A DNA stretch of 63,617 nucleotides, the filler included, from Choristocarpus tenellus KU-1152 (Eukaryota; Protista; Phaeophyceae): the NCBI GenBank assembly GCA_964200185.2. It is 10 parts of 10 records of this genome, joined end to end, with 100 filler letters (N's around TTAATTAATTAA, not from the genome) between each part and the next. Parts side by side here need not be neighbours in the genome. Positions count along the whole stretch, not along the records: positions 11,951 to 21,143 come from CAXNAD020003893.1; positions 21,244 to 27,072 come from CAXNAD020009652.1; 8 more parts are not named here. One strand, 5' to 3'. The notes under the pieces were generated by a model. The model was given only the letters and a program-made list of their open reading frames with translations, was not told where the DNA came from and made no database searches. Both the position numbers and the translations under genes were made by a program. Positions 14,041-27,172 of the stretch are shown one piece after another; within the stretch, counting starts at the first letter, position 1; every line of letters starts with the position of its first letter.

Positions 14041-16822
14041 ATGTCCATCACCGATCTTCCTGTGAACCAGAAGGCTGACCTCGTGGTCAGCCTCGCGTCG
14101 CTTTTGTGCGAGGATGCCGGTGCGTGTGACTGCCAAGTCTCCTACGCCATGAGAGTGAGGTTGCTAGGATGCTTGACTGCATCGCGCCAATGTCGTAGAG
14201 TGAACCTTATAGAATTCCACAAAGAAAAGAAACACTCTACCTGATCATTGGCATTTGATGCTATGCGACATCTCGCTGCCTCATTAGTTACCGCCCCCAT
14301 GTGCCACTCTGTACCCAAGAGTTTTGCATATTAGTGACCAACCTCCCACCCATATTATAGTATCATTTTATCACCTCGTTATTCCCTCGACTGGAGTCAA
14401 TTTTGACCAGATCTGTTTTCTCCTAACACTGTGTCATTGTAGAGGTTGCCCTGACGGCGGAGAACCTTGACTCGGTTGTGAAGGCGTCCGGGAACACCAT
14501 CCCTGCCTACTGGAGCACGCTCTTCGCCACCTACCTCGAGAAGACAGGGGGTTGCCATCGGTTCTGCGGGAAGCCTGGGGCCGGGGGTAAGGATTGAAAC
14601 AATTTGGAAATGTATACCTTTACCTTTGGGTGATAGGCAATGTTACATAGAACCAGTGTTTTTGAGATTCACAGCTCCTTCACCAGGGTCTACTCGAGTG
14701 TGATACCTGCAATCGAACCCAAGCATGACCGAACCTAAGATACCAACATTGTAGCTGGGAAAGTCTCAGAGATCCCCCCCCTCTCCCCATCCCCTTTCAC
14801 AACAACAATAATTATGGTTGCTTTTGGGCCAGCTTGTAAAGCCGTATTTTTGTAGCTTGGAAAGGATTCATCCATGTAATAGGAAATTCCCCCGCGTTAA
14901 CTATCCGGACACTCACCACTTTGTCCCTAGGTGCTAATCCTCAGACGTTCACACATCCCTCTGCCCTACTTCCCTCCCCCCTCCCTCCCTCAACTCTTCT
15001 GGTACTCGTCATGACTTGCCTGATTTGAGCCAGGCGGAGGTGGCGGCGGCGGTGGTGGCGGTGGAGCTACGGCTGCGGCTGCCCCTGTGGTGGAGGAGAA
15101 GAAGGAAGAGGAGGAGGAAGAAATGGATCTTGGAGGTGGCATGGATATGTTCGGGGGTGGTGATGGTGAGGCAATACGGAATAGGATAAGGGATGGGGAA
15201 AGGAAGGGGGGAGAGAGTGAAAGAAATGTACGTAAATATCACAGCGCGGAAACCAAACTGCCCAATGCTGGTGTTTTCCCAAAATGTTCGGCGATATGTA
15301 GCCTAAGATTCTTGTAAACATTCCACATGGTCCGGTGTCTCCCATTTCCCAGATGTTGTCCTTGCAGTTGAAGGATAACACTCTTTGCTCCATATTTCCT
15401 GTTATGACGATATCTGTGGGCTGGTTGATCTATAGTGTTGATTGCCTAGCATAAGGATGGTGTATTACTCCATTGTAAGGGCAACATGTGCTTTGCTCAA
15501 CTACCCCAGTTGTCCAGAGAAATTTGTGGTTCCAGTGTCTCAATTATATCTGTGTTAAGTGGTTTACTTCTCTGTTATTATTATTTCACACATTTAATTA
15601 TGATCTACTGCAGTAGAGCAGGTGGTGGATGGAAGAACCTTGAGAGAGAGGAGAGAACAGACGATTCGAAAATGGGAACATGATAAATCCGTTGTACTCG
15701 CCCAATATGTCTCTTGTCCCAATATGACCCTATAATGCCTCTATTCATCAAACAATTTTGGTGCAGGATCAATTGTCGTTTTTGTCTTCAATTGACCCAA
15801 ATGCATTGTCTGGCGTTGTCATTTGGATCAGAATTTTTGTTTTCAATACCAGAACAATTACGGTGTGGGGTCAAGGACAGGACTATATTGGAATTTTATT
15901 CAGCATTGTGTGCACCGTCAATTTGATTGGAATTTAAATTTGCTTGAGTAGCTTAATAAGAATCTTGTTGTACTTTTACGAGAAAACGTTGTGCTCTTGA
16001 GGAACCCATACTTAGAAGGCCAGTGTCTAACTTGGTTTTGTGTCTGATCATCCCCTTGTCAGGAATATTGTCACTCTCATATTCAGTGTTGCATGTGGTA
16101 AGGGAGTTCTGTTAAAGAGCTTACGTCATCACAGTTGTCAAGTTTTGCTCTGGTGCGTAGGAAGACGTAGAAGTCACAGAATATGCAGTTTGAGAGTTTT
16201 TGGGTTGTGACCACTTCAATCAATCAGGATATCAAGCTCTGCATGCCCACACACAGTCCAGTGCGAGTGCTGTTGTGGGCAAGAATGTGATGGGCTGTTC
16301 CGGTGTCATGGACACTGAGCGTACACAATTCTGTGGTGAACATCAAATTTATTGAAACGATGCAAGCTCTATTATTTAATTTTTACACATTGCCTTCAAA
16401 TGTTTGTAAACATTTTCTCTAGTTCTTGGTTCTGTTACTAGCGCTTGTAAGCACATGATATTTATGTTTCGGATGAGTAGATTGCTTCATATCTCACTCT
16501 GCTTGAGTGTTGCATTGGACGTGTTGCCAAAAAGTGACTTTGGGATAGGTGTAAGGGGTTTTTGCTCCGGGATACTTGAGAGTTGTTGGTTTTAGTTTAG
16601 TTTGCTTGTTCATTTCAGGGGCTATTCGGAAGAGGGGTGGGGCAGAGAACATGCCTATTATAGTTTAGGTCATGCTTCCTCAATCTTGACCTTGCAACTG
16701 CTATTCAGCCTGATAGTGGGGATTTCAACAGCCTTATGTTTCAACAGATATTTCCTTTCTTTCTCTAACCCATATCCTGCTGGATCACCTACCCCTTCTT
16801 TCCTACAGGTGGGGATTACTAG
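14041..16822 (+). CDS. RPLP1: 60S acidic ribosomal protein P1, about 122 aa; exons 14041-14119, 14443-14586, 15034-15165, 16809-16822
   Basis: Spliced product MSITDLPVNQKADLVVSLASLLCEDAEVALTAENLDSVVKASGNTIPAYWSTLFATYLE...G/A hinge...EEKKEEEEEEMDLGGGMDMFGGGDGGDY*. All introns are GT-AG, phase 1; total 369 nt. The YW-x-x-LF motif is typical of P1. Confidence 0.9.
15322..15398 (-). pseudogene. Orphan alanyl-tRNA synthetase exon fragment inside RPLP1 intron 3
   Basis: RVLSFNCKDNIWEMGDTGPCG matches the AlaRS motif KDNFWEMGDTGPCGPCSE, with F>I and truncation after GPCG; preceded by a CAG acceptor. Confidence 0.8.
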
Positions 16823-18999
16823 ACCATATACCAATACTATCACCAAGGGGGATGACAAGGGGGATGGCAGATTCTGCTGTGGAGATGATTTTTGGTGCAG
16901 ACCGTTGGTCTAGAGCCTCCAATTTTGAGGAGAGGTTGTAGGATTGGTAGTATGTCCAATATTGCTGTTGAAACAAGCTTCACCTTTCGTGAAGTGAGAA
17001 TTTGTTACCAATACTTCAATCCCAAACAGTAAATAACTCATGCCGAATCCCCAAGACTTAATGGTTTTAGAGCTCCTTAGTGGAAGTTGTGAGCAAGCAT
17101 GCATCTAAAGATGCATTTGTTGGCTCCCAGCAAGCTCACAGATATATTTTTTCTACAGCCCTGTGCCCACATGTGGTTCTAGGCTCTTTCTCTCTCTCTC
17201 TTGTTATTTGGATGTGATCATAATGATGCAAATAGATTACTCTTTGGGTTGGTTATTGAAAACGCAAAATAATAAAATGTAAGAAAGGTAGGGATTGATG
17301 TGATGGTGTTGTACCTGTAGGCATAGTAGGTGGTTCTGTTGCAGTGAAGCGATGAAATGATGGAAGAATGAAAAGATAGGAGTAGTTGGTTGGGAGATGA
17401 GATGGTGATGATGGACGAGCTAAGCTGCATGTACAATTACAGGTTGTAATACCGTAACACTCGTATTGTCCGTACTGTGATTTAGAAGAAACAGTTTAAT
17501 TGATGTGTAGTTGCTGTGCTGTGGAGAGGGGTGATATATCACCGTAGTTACGATAATCCTCACCATTCTCTGTACTCAGGCGAAACCTGATCTTACCGGT
17601 ATCACATGCACTGTGCAAGCGAAAGTCAGAATGATGTCATTTGATCCTAGATATTAATATTGTACAATGATATTGTGTTTGTAGAACTAACTGTAAGAAA
17701 ATATAATGTAGGATGCATGGGATTGCCTGGGACTGCTTGCGACTGTGAAAGAGGCATTGTTTTGCCTGCCTGCCTGCCTCGTGATCTGTGCCATAGTTGT
17801 AGAGTTCTCCTCCTGTATGTCCATTTTGTGGATGGCACTACTCAAGACACACTACTACTCCGGTACCTATCATATGTTTCATGCAGGGTATATTTCCTAT
17901 GCACTGATGATATTTTGCATATGTTATTGGGGGGAGGGGGAGAAGGAGCAAGATATAGGAAGAAAGCACAATGAACACTACAGTCTGCATTGGTTAGATA
18001 ATTATGTATAATCCGTTTAAAACATCCACATGAACATTATGTTGTCATGGAATGTATGGGACGTAACACCATACATGTCTTGCATTTGAGTTGGGATATG
18101 GGTCTGATTTGTGGTTAGGAAGAAATCAATTGTGTGAGATGACAAGAGGCCATCAACGAATGGTGGGGTTTCATGAGTGCCAGGTGTTTAGATTAGGCAC
18201 GCCCCCTTGGACTTAAGGCGCTGAAGCGTTGCTATCTTACACAGTTCTATGTTACTAAGGGCTTATCCCTGGGTTCGTGCATGGTGTGAAATTGGGTTGG
18301 CCTGGTTCTCTTGTCAGACCCATCAGGCCCTCATAACAATTCACATTATTTCCATTGGACTGTTGTGTGGCGCCACGTGAAATAAACACTGCCTTCAAGC
18401 CATGTATTCGTTTCGTAGCTGAGTTTGGTTCAATACGATTGAAGGAGAGGGAAGAGCAGGTTGATTGGAGAGCTTGTTATAGGCCTTAAATGGAATTCTT
18501 CGGGGTTTTTTGGTCGGTCTATGCAAGTCAACTGCATCTTTGGGTAACGGTATTATGGGGGTAGTAGTGGTTCATGAGGTTAATAATTGAAAGTGTTCAA
18601 CCAGAACCCTTGCAAGGAGAACCTGTTTATTTTTTCGTTTTTGATTTGATTTTTCTGTTAGTCTGGAATACATCACAGTGTTACATGCACAAATAGTCCC
18701 TACCCACCTCACGTTAATCGACATGTAATATTCACAGGACAAAACTCTCCTTTCATTTAGAGTCAGTAGTAGTTCCATTGATATGGATCTGATTGGTTGA
18801 TAGGGAACAATTGATCGTCCAAGATAACAGTGAACATCGGAGTGATTTGATCGGGTACAGAAATATAAACAGCGATAAATAATGGATGTTAGGATGACAC
18901 ACAGATCCTTCGTTCTTCTGTGGGTTAAGATAAACCTGTAAGTTAGAGGTTTGTTGACTCACCTTATCCTCTAAGGTAGGAAGGGCTAACGTAGCCTCC

Positions 19000-20300
19000 A
19001 TGATATATATGAGCGAATTAGGATTTAGTGGAGCGTATACTGCTGCTTCGTGTTGGGGACCTATTCTTTGGTTGGTTAGGATTGATCATGGTGGTTGGGT
19101 TCCATACCAAACCAACTTGCAAATTCGTGTGTTGAAGTCCCTTTGCGCGCCAACCTATCTTCACCGCGCGAGAAATCTACTTCCATCTCTCCTGTCCATC
19201 ACCCCTTCGGGACTGTACATGTACCTCCACCCTACCAATACTGCGACTTCCTTAGAATATCAGAGTTCGACATCTTTCAAAGTTCGACTAGTTCGCCCAA
19301 TACATTTTGTACACATTCATTCATACACAGACACGCAACTTAGTAGAGATATATTTTATAAGGCCTACGGTAAGTAATGTCTACGAAAGCAGACCTACTA
19401 GATCAACAGCTGGAAGCAGAAGCCCACTATGCAGAGGCTGACATCCCTGTGAGTAGCTGGACGAAAAATGCTTGGAGTATTGAACCGAGGCATACCCTTT
19501 GGGGGACCATAGCACTTTTGAAAATGTAGTGTACTTAATCCCAATGAGGAAAGTCGTTCTATCTCTAAGTCATGCTTGTTCTGTGTTGCTGAATGCTGGG
19601 CGCAGAAGCTAAAGGGGTTATGGATGGCTGAACAGAAAAAAGACGCCCCTAATCTGGACGTCAAGTTTCAGTACGCACTCTTGCTGATCAAGAGCAGATT
19701 CAACACCCACAACCAGACTGGTCTGGCATTGCTTCAAGGTGCAGTATAATTACTCCCCATCTTGCTTGGTGGCTATCTTCTAGAAAGGGTGGACATTTCC
19801 ACCTCACTTGGCTGTCTTCTGACTCTATGACTTGAAATCCACGTCATCGATGGCAACTGAGGTTACTGTTGCTTTGTGTACCAAAAAAACAGGTCAGTAC
19901 GGGCAGTGAGAACCAGCTTACCAACTTCCCCTCACACAGTCACACAAGTACGACTTACGAGTCTCCTTACCCCAGATTGTTTACGTTTTTGATCTTTGAA
20001 CACCTTTTGATCACTGATTGAATCTGTGCCTACTCATGCTGCTAATCCATCACCACCAACGACCAAGAGCTTGCCGACTGCAACTACCACGTGGAAGAGT
20101 GCTTCTACAGCTTGGCCCTCGGGTTGTATAGGTAAGGGTGTGCATATTGCCAAGGGGAGAAAAGTGGTTGGGGAATTTCAATACGCGTCTCCTGTAATTG
20201 GTGTACTGCATATTCTCTCAAGCTTTCGTCATACCTCCTAGGCCTTACTTACTGCCACTATAGTCAAGTACCCACAGGTCGATCAGCTTATGCTTTTGTA
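19000..20300 (+). mobile_element. Heavily decayed LTR-retrotransposon pol-like relic
   Basis: Only short hints among many stops, e.g. VIGVLHILSSFRH/YLLG resembling Ty3/gypsy RNase H. Boundaries approximate. Confidence 0.3.
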
Positions 20301-21243
20301 ACTTCTCACTGAGGACAATTTCTGGTGGAATTCCCTAGATTTGAGATGTTTTCCTTACGCTGAATAGAATTTGTCTATCTTGCATGACTCATGCAAACAA
20401 TGGAGAAAAGGTAATCGTTTGAGGTTCGTGTTCCTATTATACATTGCTCTCAAGTTTCCTCCACCTTGAATGCAACTTCACCAAGCAGCAATAAACCATG
20501 ACATATCTTTCTTCTCACGGATTGGATACTACATGATGTGGCACTTGGTAAATATTACGATACGTAGGAAATGACCTTGGATGGGATGGATGAACAAGAT
20601 TGTGATGATGCTTTTTCAACCCAACACAATTGACCAGTGTATTTCATCTCCCTGTTTTATTGAAAGATGGCCAAGGAGGAGACGACTCATAAAATTCAAA
20701 TGGAGATGTGAAGATGGGTGACCTAGTACTCACATCCCTTTTCTCCTGAATTCACAACCCTCACTGTCCTAGCTTAAGCCTTACATTTTGAAGAGGATGG
20801 TGGAACAGAAGAGGGCGTATGCTCACAGATTATGAACCTAAACCTAAACCAAGTGACTCTTCTTGTGTCTATTGTTGGAGTCACTTCGAGAGAATAAAAT
20901 CTAGTGTGTCGTCATTTTCAGTGGCAACGTTGAGTTGGCACTAGTTGTTTCTGGTGTGGTTTCTGTTTTTTTTCAATTTCTTATTTTTTGAGGTATCTTG
21001 TACTGCCTGATTTGAGTTTCATTCCATTGATATTTTAAAGTTACGGAGTCTCCTAGTTTTTTTTCGCACATCTCGGGGCGGGGCGGGGGCGGGGGGGGGG
21101 GAAGGGGGGGATGGGGGGGGGGGGGTTGTTTGGCCACCTAATTNNNNNNNNNNNNNNNNNNNNNNNNNNNNNNNNNNNNNNNNNNNNTTAATTAATTAAN
21201 NNNNNNNNNNNNNNNNNNNNNNNNNNNNNNNNNNNNNNNNNNN

Positions 21244-21437
21244 GTTTTTTTTTTTTACATTTTCCTACTCCAAAATGTTTCGGAGTAGGTAAAATGTATA
21301 CATCAAGAAAAAGTGTGTCCGGAACAAGGATATTGACACCTCCTAACAAACATGATAGCCAAAATTACATCAATATCGCAACAATGGATTTTGACCCCCA
21401 AACGGACGCGGCTCTACCCTCTAAGATACTTTGGCTC
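21244..21437 (-). mobile_element. MITE family A, partial at contig start
   Basis: Ends GCGGCTCTACCCTCTAAGATACTTTGGCTC; internal CCTACTCCAAAA...GGAGTAGG hairpin present. Confidence 0.88.
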
Positions 21438-21744
21438 ATTTTGCAGATATTTGCTGAGATCCTTAAAATACACTTAAAAGAAAACTTAAAATACAGTCCC
21501 TATCATTTACTTTGACTCAAGGCAGAAATTTTCCGATGACCAAAGTTGGCCAGGATTGAATGCACAATGTTTGCAAAGTTTTGTGAGAGTGGCGTGATTG
21601 TTCAGCTCATCCCAAGATGAACGAATAAATGGTGAGATTGGGCAGGCAGTGACTCTGATAAAAATAAAAAGCGCTTGCTGTATCCATGCAATCAGCCATG
21701 TATGTATGCGTGTTACATTGAAAAGGAAGGTTTCACTTCCCCTG

Positions 21745-21776
21745 AACCTAACCCTAACCCCAACCCTAACCCCAAC
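21745..21776 (+). repeat. Short interstitial telomere-like (CCCTAA)n tract
   Basis: AACCTAACCCTAACCCCAACCCTAACCCCAAC; a shorter GGGTTAGGGTTAGGG occurs near 34596. Confidence 0.6.
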
Positions 21777-22689
21777 TCTACAATCTCCCCTACTTCAACA
21801 ATGTTGCTATGAAATACTACTACTGTAGTATTGTTTGGTACTGGTCAATAAATAGTAGTATTAGCACCATTTGTGGCTATCTTGGGGGGGGGAAGGAACC
21901 TACCTGTCATCTCTGCAATTCTTTCTCTGCCTTCCTCCCCCCTCTCCCTTCCTGCCAGCAAGGAATTTCTCCATTGACATACTCAACCCTTGCTCACCCC
22001 AATCAACTCGCTCAACATGAGACTTCTTTCTCTCCCTTGGGACTATCCCATCATCAGTCTGAGCCTGTGTTGGCAGCCAGTAATGAAGAGAGCAAATTGG
22101 ACAGGAGCTGTGGTGGATATGGGAAGAATATACTGATCAGTACATTGCATTGGAAGCATTACAACTGCAGCATTTCACAACAATATACTCTCAATAAACA
22201 TAGCACAACCACAACCACACTAGCTAATCACTCCTGCTCAACACGGACTGATGTTTACTTTCTTACCTATCCAAACTCTAAACTGGCCGGGGCTATCAAA
22301 AGTCAAATCTATTTTGTAGCTACACTACAGGGCTTGCCTCCCCTAAGAAGCAATCAAAACCTTCCCCTACCAAACAAACTTGTTGCTATCGATAACTGTT
22401 GCCACCATTCAGCTGTCCCAACACCCCTTGTACGACCCAACATTGCACACAGGGTCTGGTTCCACCCTTACCTCTCCCCCCCCCTCTCCTCCCCCACTCC
22501 CTTCCCTCCGTCGCCCTCCTCTCTGGGCTTCCACTGGCCCCATTCCCCTGCAACTTGAAGCAGACATCGGGCGGGAATGCGGGCAGTTTCGCGCTTCAGC
22601 TGATAAAACAGACTGCGGTCGAGTCGGAGGTCTCCCCAAGCCCCCACTTCCTACTTTGACAGTAGACTGTCCGTCAGGAGTCCCAGGCC

Positions 22690-23900
22690 TTTGACTTCCT
22701 CTCACAGAAGACACTAGGTACTGGTGTTGTTGGTCCTCCTGGTTGCACTGCCTCAGACTGAGGGCCTTCTCTTTCCTGCTGCGAGCACAATACTGCATTT
22801 TTTTCTTTGCTGCACTCAGTAGGGCCTTGTTGATCAAACTGACTGAGTTGGACACAGTTGCATTGTTTGCGCCAGTGTGGCAACCAACCTTTGACGCTTT
22901 GGCTTGGGATGAGGTCGTGGCTGGTCTGATCTCGCTCCCACCCTCACCATCAAGACTTGTTTGGGGCAAGGGCTCGTTTCCTGTGTCCTCATTTCCCCTT
23001 TGGGTCTGTTGATCGTGAACTTGCCCCCTTGGCATCTTCTGTGTGACTCGCCCACCCACCTTTTCCTGCGCCATCTGGTGATGGTCTTCAGTCTGCCTTG
23101 ATTTTGGTCTTTGTTGTATGCAATCCATGATCACCTGGTCCTGTAATCCCCCTCCTTGGCTGGCTCTCTGCCTCTGAACATTTCCCGTATCTTGTCTCTG
23201 ATCCAGAAGAACTTTGCTTTGGTCAAGGGACATAATCTGATGTTCTTCCTGCAAGTTTTGAAGACCATCGTCACACCGACACCCAGAGACATATTTCACA
23301 TTTTGCTCTGAATTCAGTGAAATTGCCCTCCTTCCTCCTCCTGCTGCTGCTGCTGCTGCTCCTGCTGCTCCTCTCCCTCCTCCTCTTCCTCTTCCTCCTC
23401 CTCCTGCTGCTGCTCCTGCTCCTCTCCCTCCTCCTCTTCCTCTTCCTCCTCCTCTTCCCCTCAGCGCAGCCTCTCTTCTGAGAATATTTCTTTCTCTTAC
23501 ATCCAAGCGCCTTTGCCTTTCATTCAAGTCCAGAATTTCTTGCTGGCCTGTGTTTCCCCCTCCTTCTGCACCAACACCTCTCCCAGTGAGTGAACAATTG
23601 ATTGGGCGAGCATCAGGAATCCCTTTGTCAGTGCAGGAACTCTTTGGGCCAAGGGCGCTCCTTTCAATCACTGGTCTACGTCCCTTGCCACCACGTAGGG
23701 AAGTATTAGAATGAAACGCAACATCATCCGTTGCTTGTTGAAATTTCTTGGCAGTGTCTTGCAGTGTAGTATCCAGCTAGAGGAGGGGCAAGAAGGGCAA
23801 CCCAAGTGTTTTGTGCATGTAGAATTAGACCCTTCCCATAATCGGTTGATCAAGCATCTTTTGCCAGTTGGATTCCTAATAATAGTGCCAGCATCCCCCC
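22690..23900 (-). pseudogene. Decayed low-complexity gene with WW-like segment and RGG/Ala repeats
   Basis: Upstream of ORF 22409-23671 the same frame reads SNWQKMLDQPIMGRV*FYMHKTLG (WW-like, with stops). The GRGGG/AAA run at about 23330-23460 is a purine-rich simple repeat. Confidence 0.3.
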
Positions 23901-24322
23901 ATTCCTAAAGCAGTTTTGGAGAGGCCAGAGTGGTGTGATCTACATACTCAGTACCACTTCATTGTTGTCTGAACACTGCACCCCTAGTTTGACAGTGCCC
24001 AAATCGTTTGACATGAGAGCAGCGGAGGGTTAAGCTAACCGGGAGGTGGGCGGGGTTGCATTGTAAGGATTCCAAGAGAGGGTCGAAAAAAATGTAGTTT
24101 TGTACATTTGCAGAAAGAACCCCCTTGCCTAACTGTGGTGTCACTTGGTGTGTGCAAGGGAGGAACATCAATTTTCGTATACACTATTGTGTACATGAAG
24201 CAACGAAATAGAGTGTAATACACAATGTATAATAAATATGACTTAGAATGCAAGAGGATCCAAACCCCCCTATCTCTAAATCAGTTTGACTCAAAACAAC
24301 AATATTGAAGTAATGTGAGCAT

Positions 24323-24343
24323 AGCAGTAGTAGTAGTAGTAGC

Positions 24344-24373
<30 letters not shown>
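24323..24373. repeat. Compound microsatellite (AGT)n(AGC)n(AAC)n
   Basis: Directly visible. Confidence 0.9.
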
Positions 24374-24374
<1 letters not shown>

Positions 24375-25405
24375 AAAAAAAAGAAATTCTGGGGCAGGTG
24401 ATGTTGCAGGGAATGTACATGATGTTGGCCAGCTCAATACAACACACAAGCAGACCTAGTTTGTGTAAGCAGTGCCTCTTGCTCGCAATGACCAGGGTGC
24501 CGAACAAAGAAGTTCCAGCATCGGTTTAAAAAACGGTATGACCGTGAACAATATCGACAATGGCAATTGAGTACATACCGTCATCGATTGAGCAGATATC
24601 ATCATGGCTCTATGCGCATATCAGCAGAAATCTCCCGACTTCACCTCAAAATCGTCAGCCCAAAGATTTGAGGTCGTGTTTGTTTTTTTTCTTTGATTTT
24701 TTTTTCTTACGGTTGTGTTGTGTTCCTTGTGACTGACCGTAAGAAAAAAAATCAAAGAAAAACAAAACAAAAACCGTATTACATGCTATTCTCCAAACCC
24801 CTCCTCTCCCCCTCCCCCTGCACGATCTCCTTACACCCTTGTCTCCTGACAGGGAGATCCCTCCTCACCGTCCCATCGCCAGTATCGCCAGCAGCCATCC
24901 TTTCTAACAGCGAGACTGCCTGAGGATCTTCTACTCCAGACCCATTGAGGTTGATTATCTCCCGACGCTTGCCTGTCATGGCAAAGATTTTTCCTAAGAG
25001 AGTCTGGGTGGCGCCTCCCTGCATTTCTGTCTTGGGCACCAGGTGATGACTCCCATCATGGCTCTTGGGGAGCATGCTGTGTACCACACGGTGGATAGGT
25101 ACCTGCATGAATGGATTTTGGAAGAACCAGCAAATGGGTCTTAGTGTTACTAAGCGGAAAATGGAACAATTAATGTAGTCATTAACATTTCGCGATTTTC
25201 ACGCACGAGGACAACTAATTGAGTCAAAATATCTTTGTCAAGAGATTGTTTGTAGCGAACATGTTAGAAACATTTTTAAAAAATATATATATACATACAA
25301 TTCTTTCACAACTGGTGAAAACACAACCACGTGTACCACTTGTCTGAGATTGCTTGTCATTTACAGCACTCCATTGAGCGTGGCACATGACCGGCATACC
25401 TCTTT

Positions 25406-25663
25406 GACCAAAAGTATTTAAGAGAGTAGGGCCACGTCCCTTTGGGATCATAAATCCAATGTTGCGATTTTGATAAATTTTGGCTATTGTGTTTGTTAGG
25501 AAGTGTCAATGTCCTTGCTCTGTACACACCTTTCATAGTTGTATACGTTTTAGGTAAATGTGTTAACACAGAAAACCGATAAAGGGCACAAGAAACCTGT
25601 GGGAAGTCAAGCCCTGAACAGACAAACAGGGCAAAACTCGTACCCTCTTAAATGCTTTGAATT
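25406..25663 (+). mobile_element. MITE family A, variant subfamily (TTAAATGCTTTG end)
   Basis: Internal sequence colinear with family A; 3' end TACCCTCTTAAATGCTTTG is shared with the copy at 45721. No clear TSD. Confidence 0.8.
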
Positions 25664-26501
25664 GCACATTTCCCGGATTGTGTTGTAAATTTTCAAACAG
25701 TGGAGAAATCAACTCTCTCATATTGAACTCAGCATTTCATCCATAGAACTATGAGTAAATTGCAAGAGAATTGAAAAACTGGCTTACAATGCAAAACAGT
25801 CGGAACCTGGGTACCTCCTCTCATTACCTTCACTCTTACAAAATCTACTTTGAATTACAGAATACCACTGTCTACCACCACAGCTCTTGTCATATTCCTC
25901 TTGCTTGACAAGGACAGCACAATAGCTGGAGCGATGTGCTTTATTGTACTGAACCCTAACTCCAACTGTATAACTGTTCGACTTATGGTATCTTACTGCT
26001 CATTTCTGCCACCACCATCAACAAGAGAGAGTGATGGGGGTCATGCACTACGTGTGTGGTTTCTTTACTCTTGTCGAGAGCGACCAAGCAAACGACGGTC
26101 TTGCATCACACAAATCCCTTCCGTGTTTGAACGAGCTCATCTGTGTTCTGTCCAGAAAAGTCTATGAAAGAATCAACAATTGTTACGAAAGGATGCCAGT
26201 TTACTCACTTTGAATCTTAGGTTCATTCTTACACCAATCTGTGGGTTTGCGGTCGTTAACTCCAACCCACACCCTGAGCTAAACATGAGCAGTGTTATTG
26301 TGAAGGTCTCCCCTAGGACGTGATCAATTGAGGTTATCTTCTGCTCATTGTGAATTTGAAGCAGTCCTGAGTGCACGGTTCAATTGTTTCACCGTTGAAG
26401 ATGAGGATTCTTTGGGAACGAGTGGTGGAGTTGAATGGGAGTGAATCTCAAGGGAAGGCATGGAGATAGATTAATGTCGATGCAGTTGACGGAGTACTCA
26501 C

Positions 26502-26574
26502 TTTGCCTGTTCCCTCTGGGTCATACTTGGCAAAGAATTGGTCCATCAAGGCATCATCCATCACGATGTCAAAC
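26502..26574 (-). CDS. Internal exon of an EF-hand protein
   Basis: CAG|G-FDIVMDDALMDQFFAKYDPEGTGK|GTGAG: a helix followed by a DxxGxG EF-hand loop. Confidence 0.6.
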
Positions 26575-26989
26575 CTGTCAGTGATCAGCACTGAATCCAT
26601 CAACAAGTATTTCCTTTTCCTAGTTTTTACCAAGACTGACAGGTAGAGGGCACAATGCAAAAGTCAAACTTAGGAAACCCATTGCCGCTGTTCGTTTTTG
26701 GCCACCCCTAGCCAATAGTATGCATTTCGCCCTGAAACCTCCCTAACCCTTGATCTCGACAGTAGTTACGACAAAATTATATTAATCGATCCTATTTCAC
26801 ATTGTATTATAAGGTTTGGAGGGCCTTTCTCTTCACGTCATCACTGCCTACGGTGGACCACGATCATGGATGAGGGTGCCCATGCTTTCTGTTTGTTCCA
26901 TGAGGAATGAGAGATTGCACACTCCTATGCACACACAGCACACTGAGTGAATGCATGGGTCTACGAGTATTTGATGGGTAAGAAAGGAT

Positions 26990-27040
26990 GGGTCAAAGTA
27001 TCTGGGGGGGGGGGGGGGGGGGGGGGGTGGGGGGGGGGAG
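26990..27040. mobile_element. MITE family B terminus at contig end
   Basis: GGGTCAAAGTATCT followed by poly-G. Confidence 0.75.
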
Positions 27041-27172
27041 CGCGGGTTGGGCCACAACCCTTTTTTTTTCTGNNNNNNNNNNNNNNNNNNNNNNNNNNNN
27101 NNNNNNNNNNNNNNNNTTAATTAATTAANNNNNNNNNNNNNNNNNNNNNNNNNNNNNNNNNNNNNNNNNNNN

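Noticed and set aside
15622-15683. Alternative last exon of RPLP1 (GGGWKNLE...)
   Set aside because: The acceptor at 16808 has a better pyrimidine tract and gives the more plausible GGDY* ending.
21745-21776. True telomere
   Set aside because: Short, degenerate and internal to a contig.
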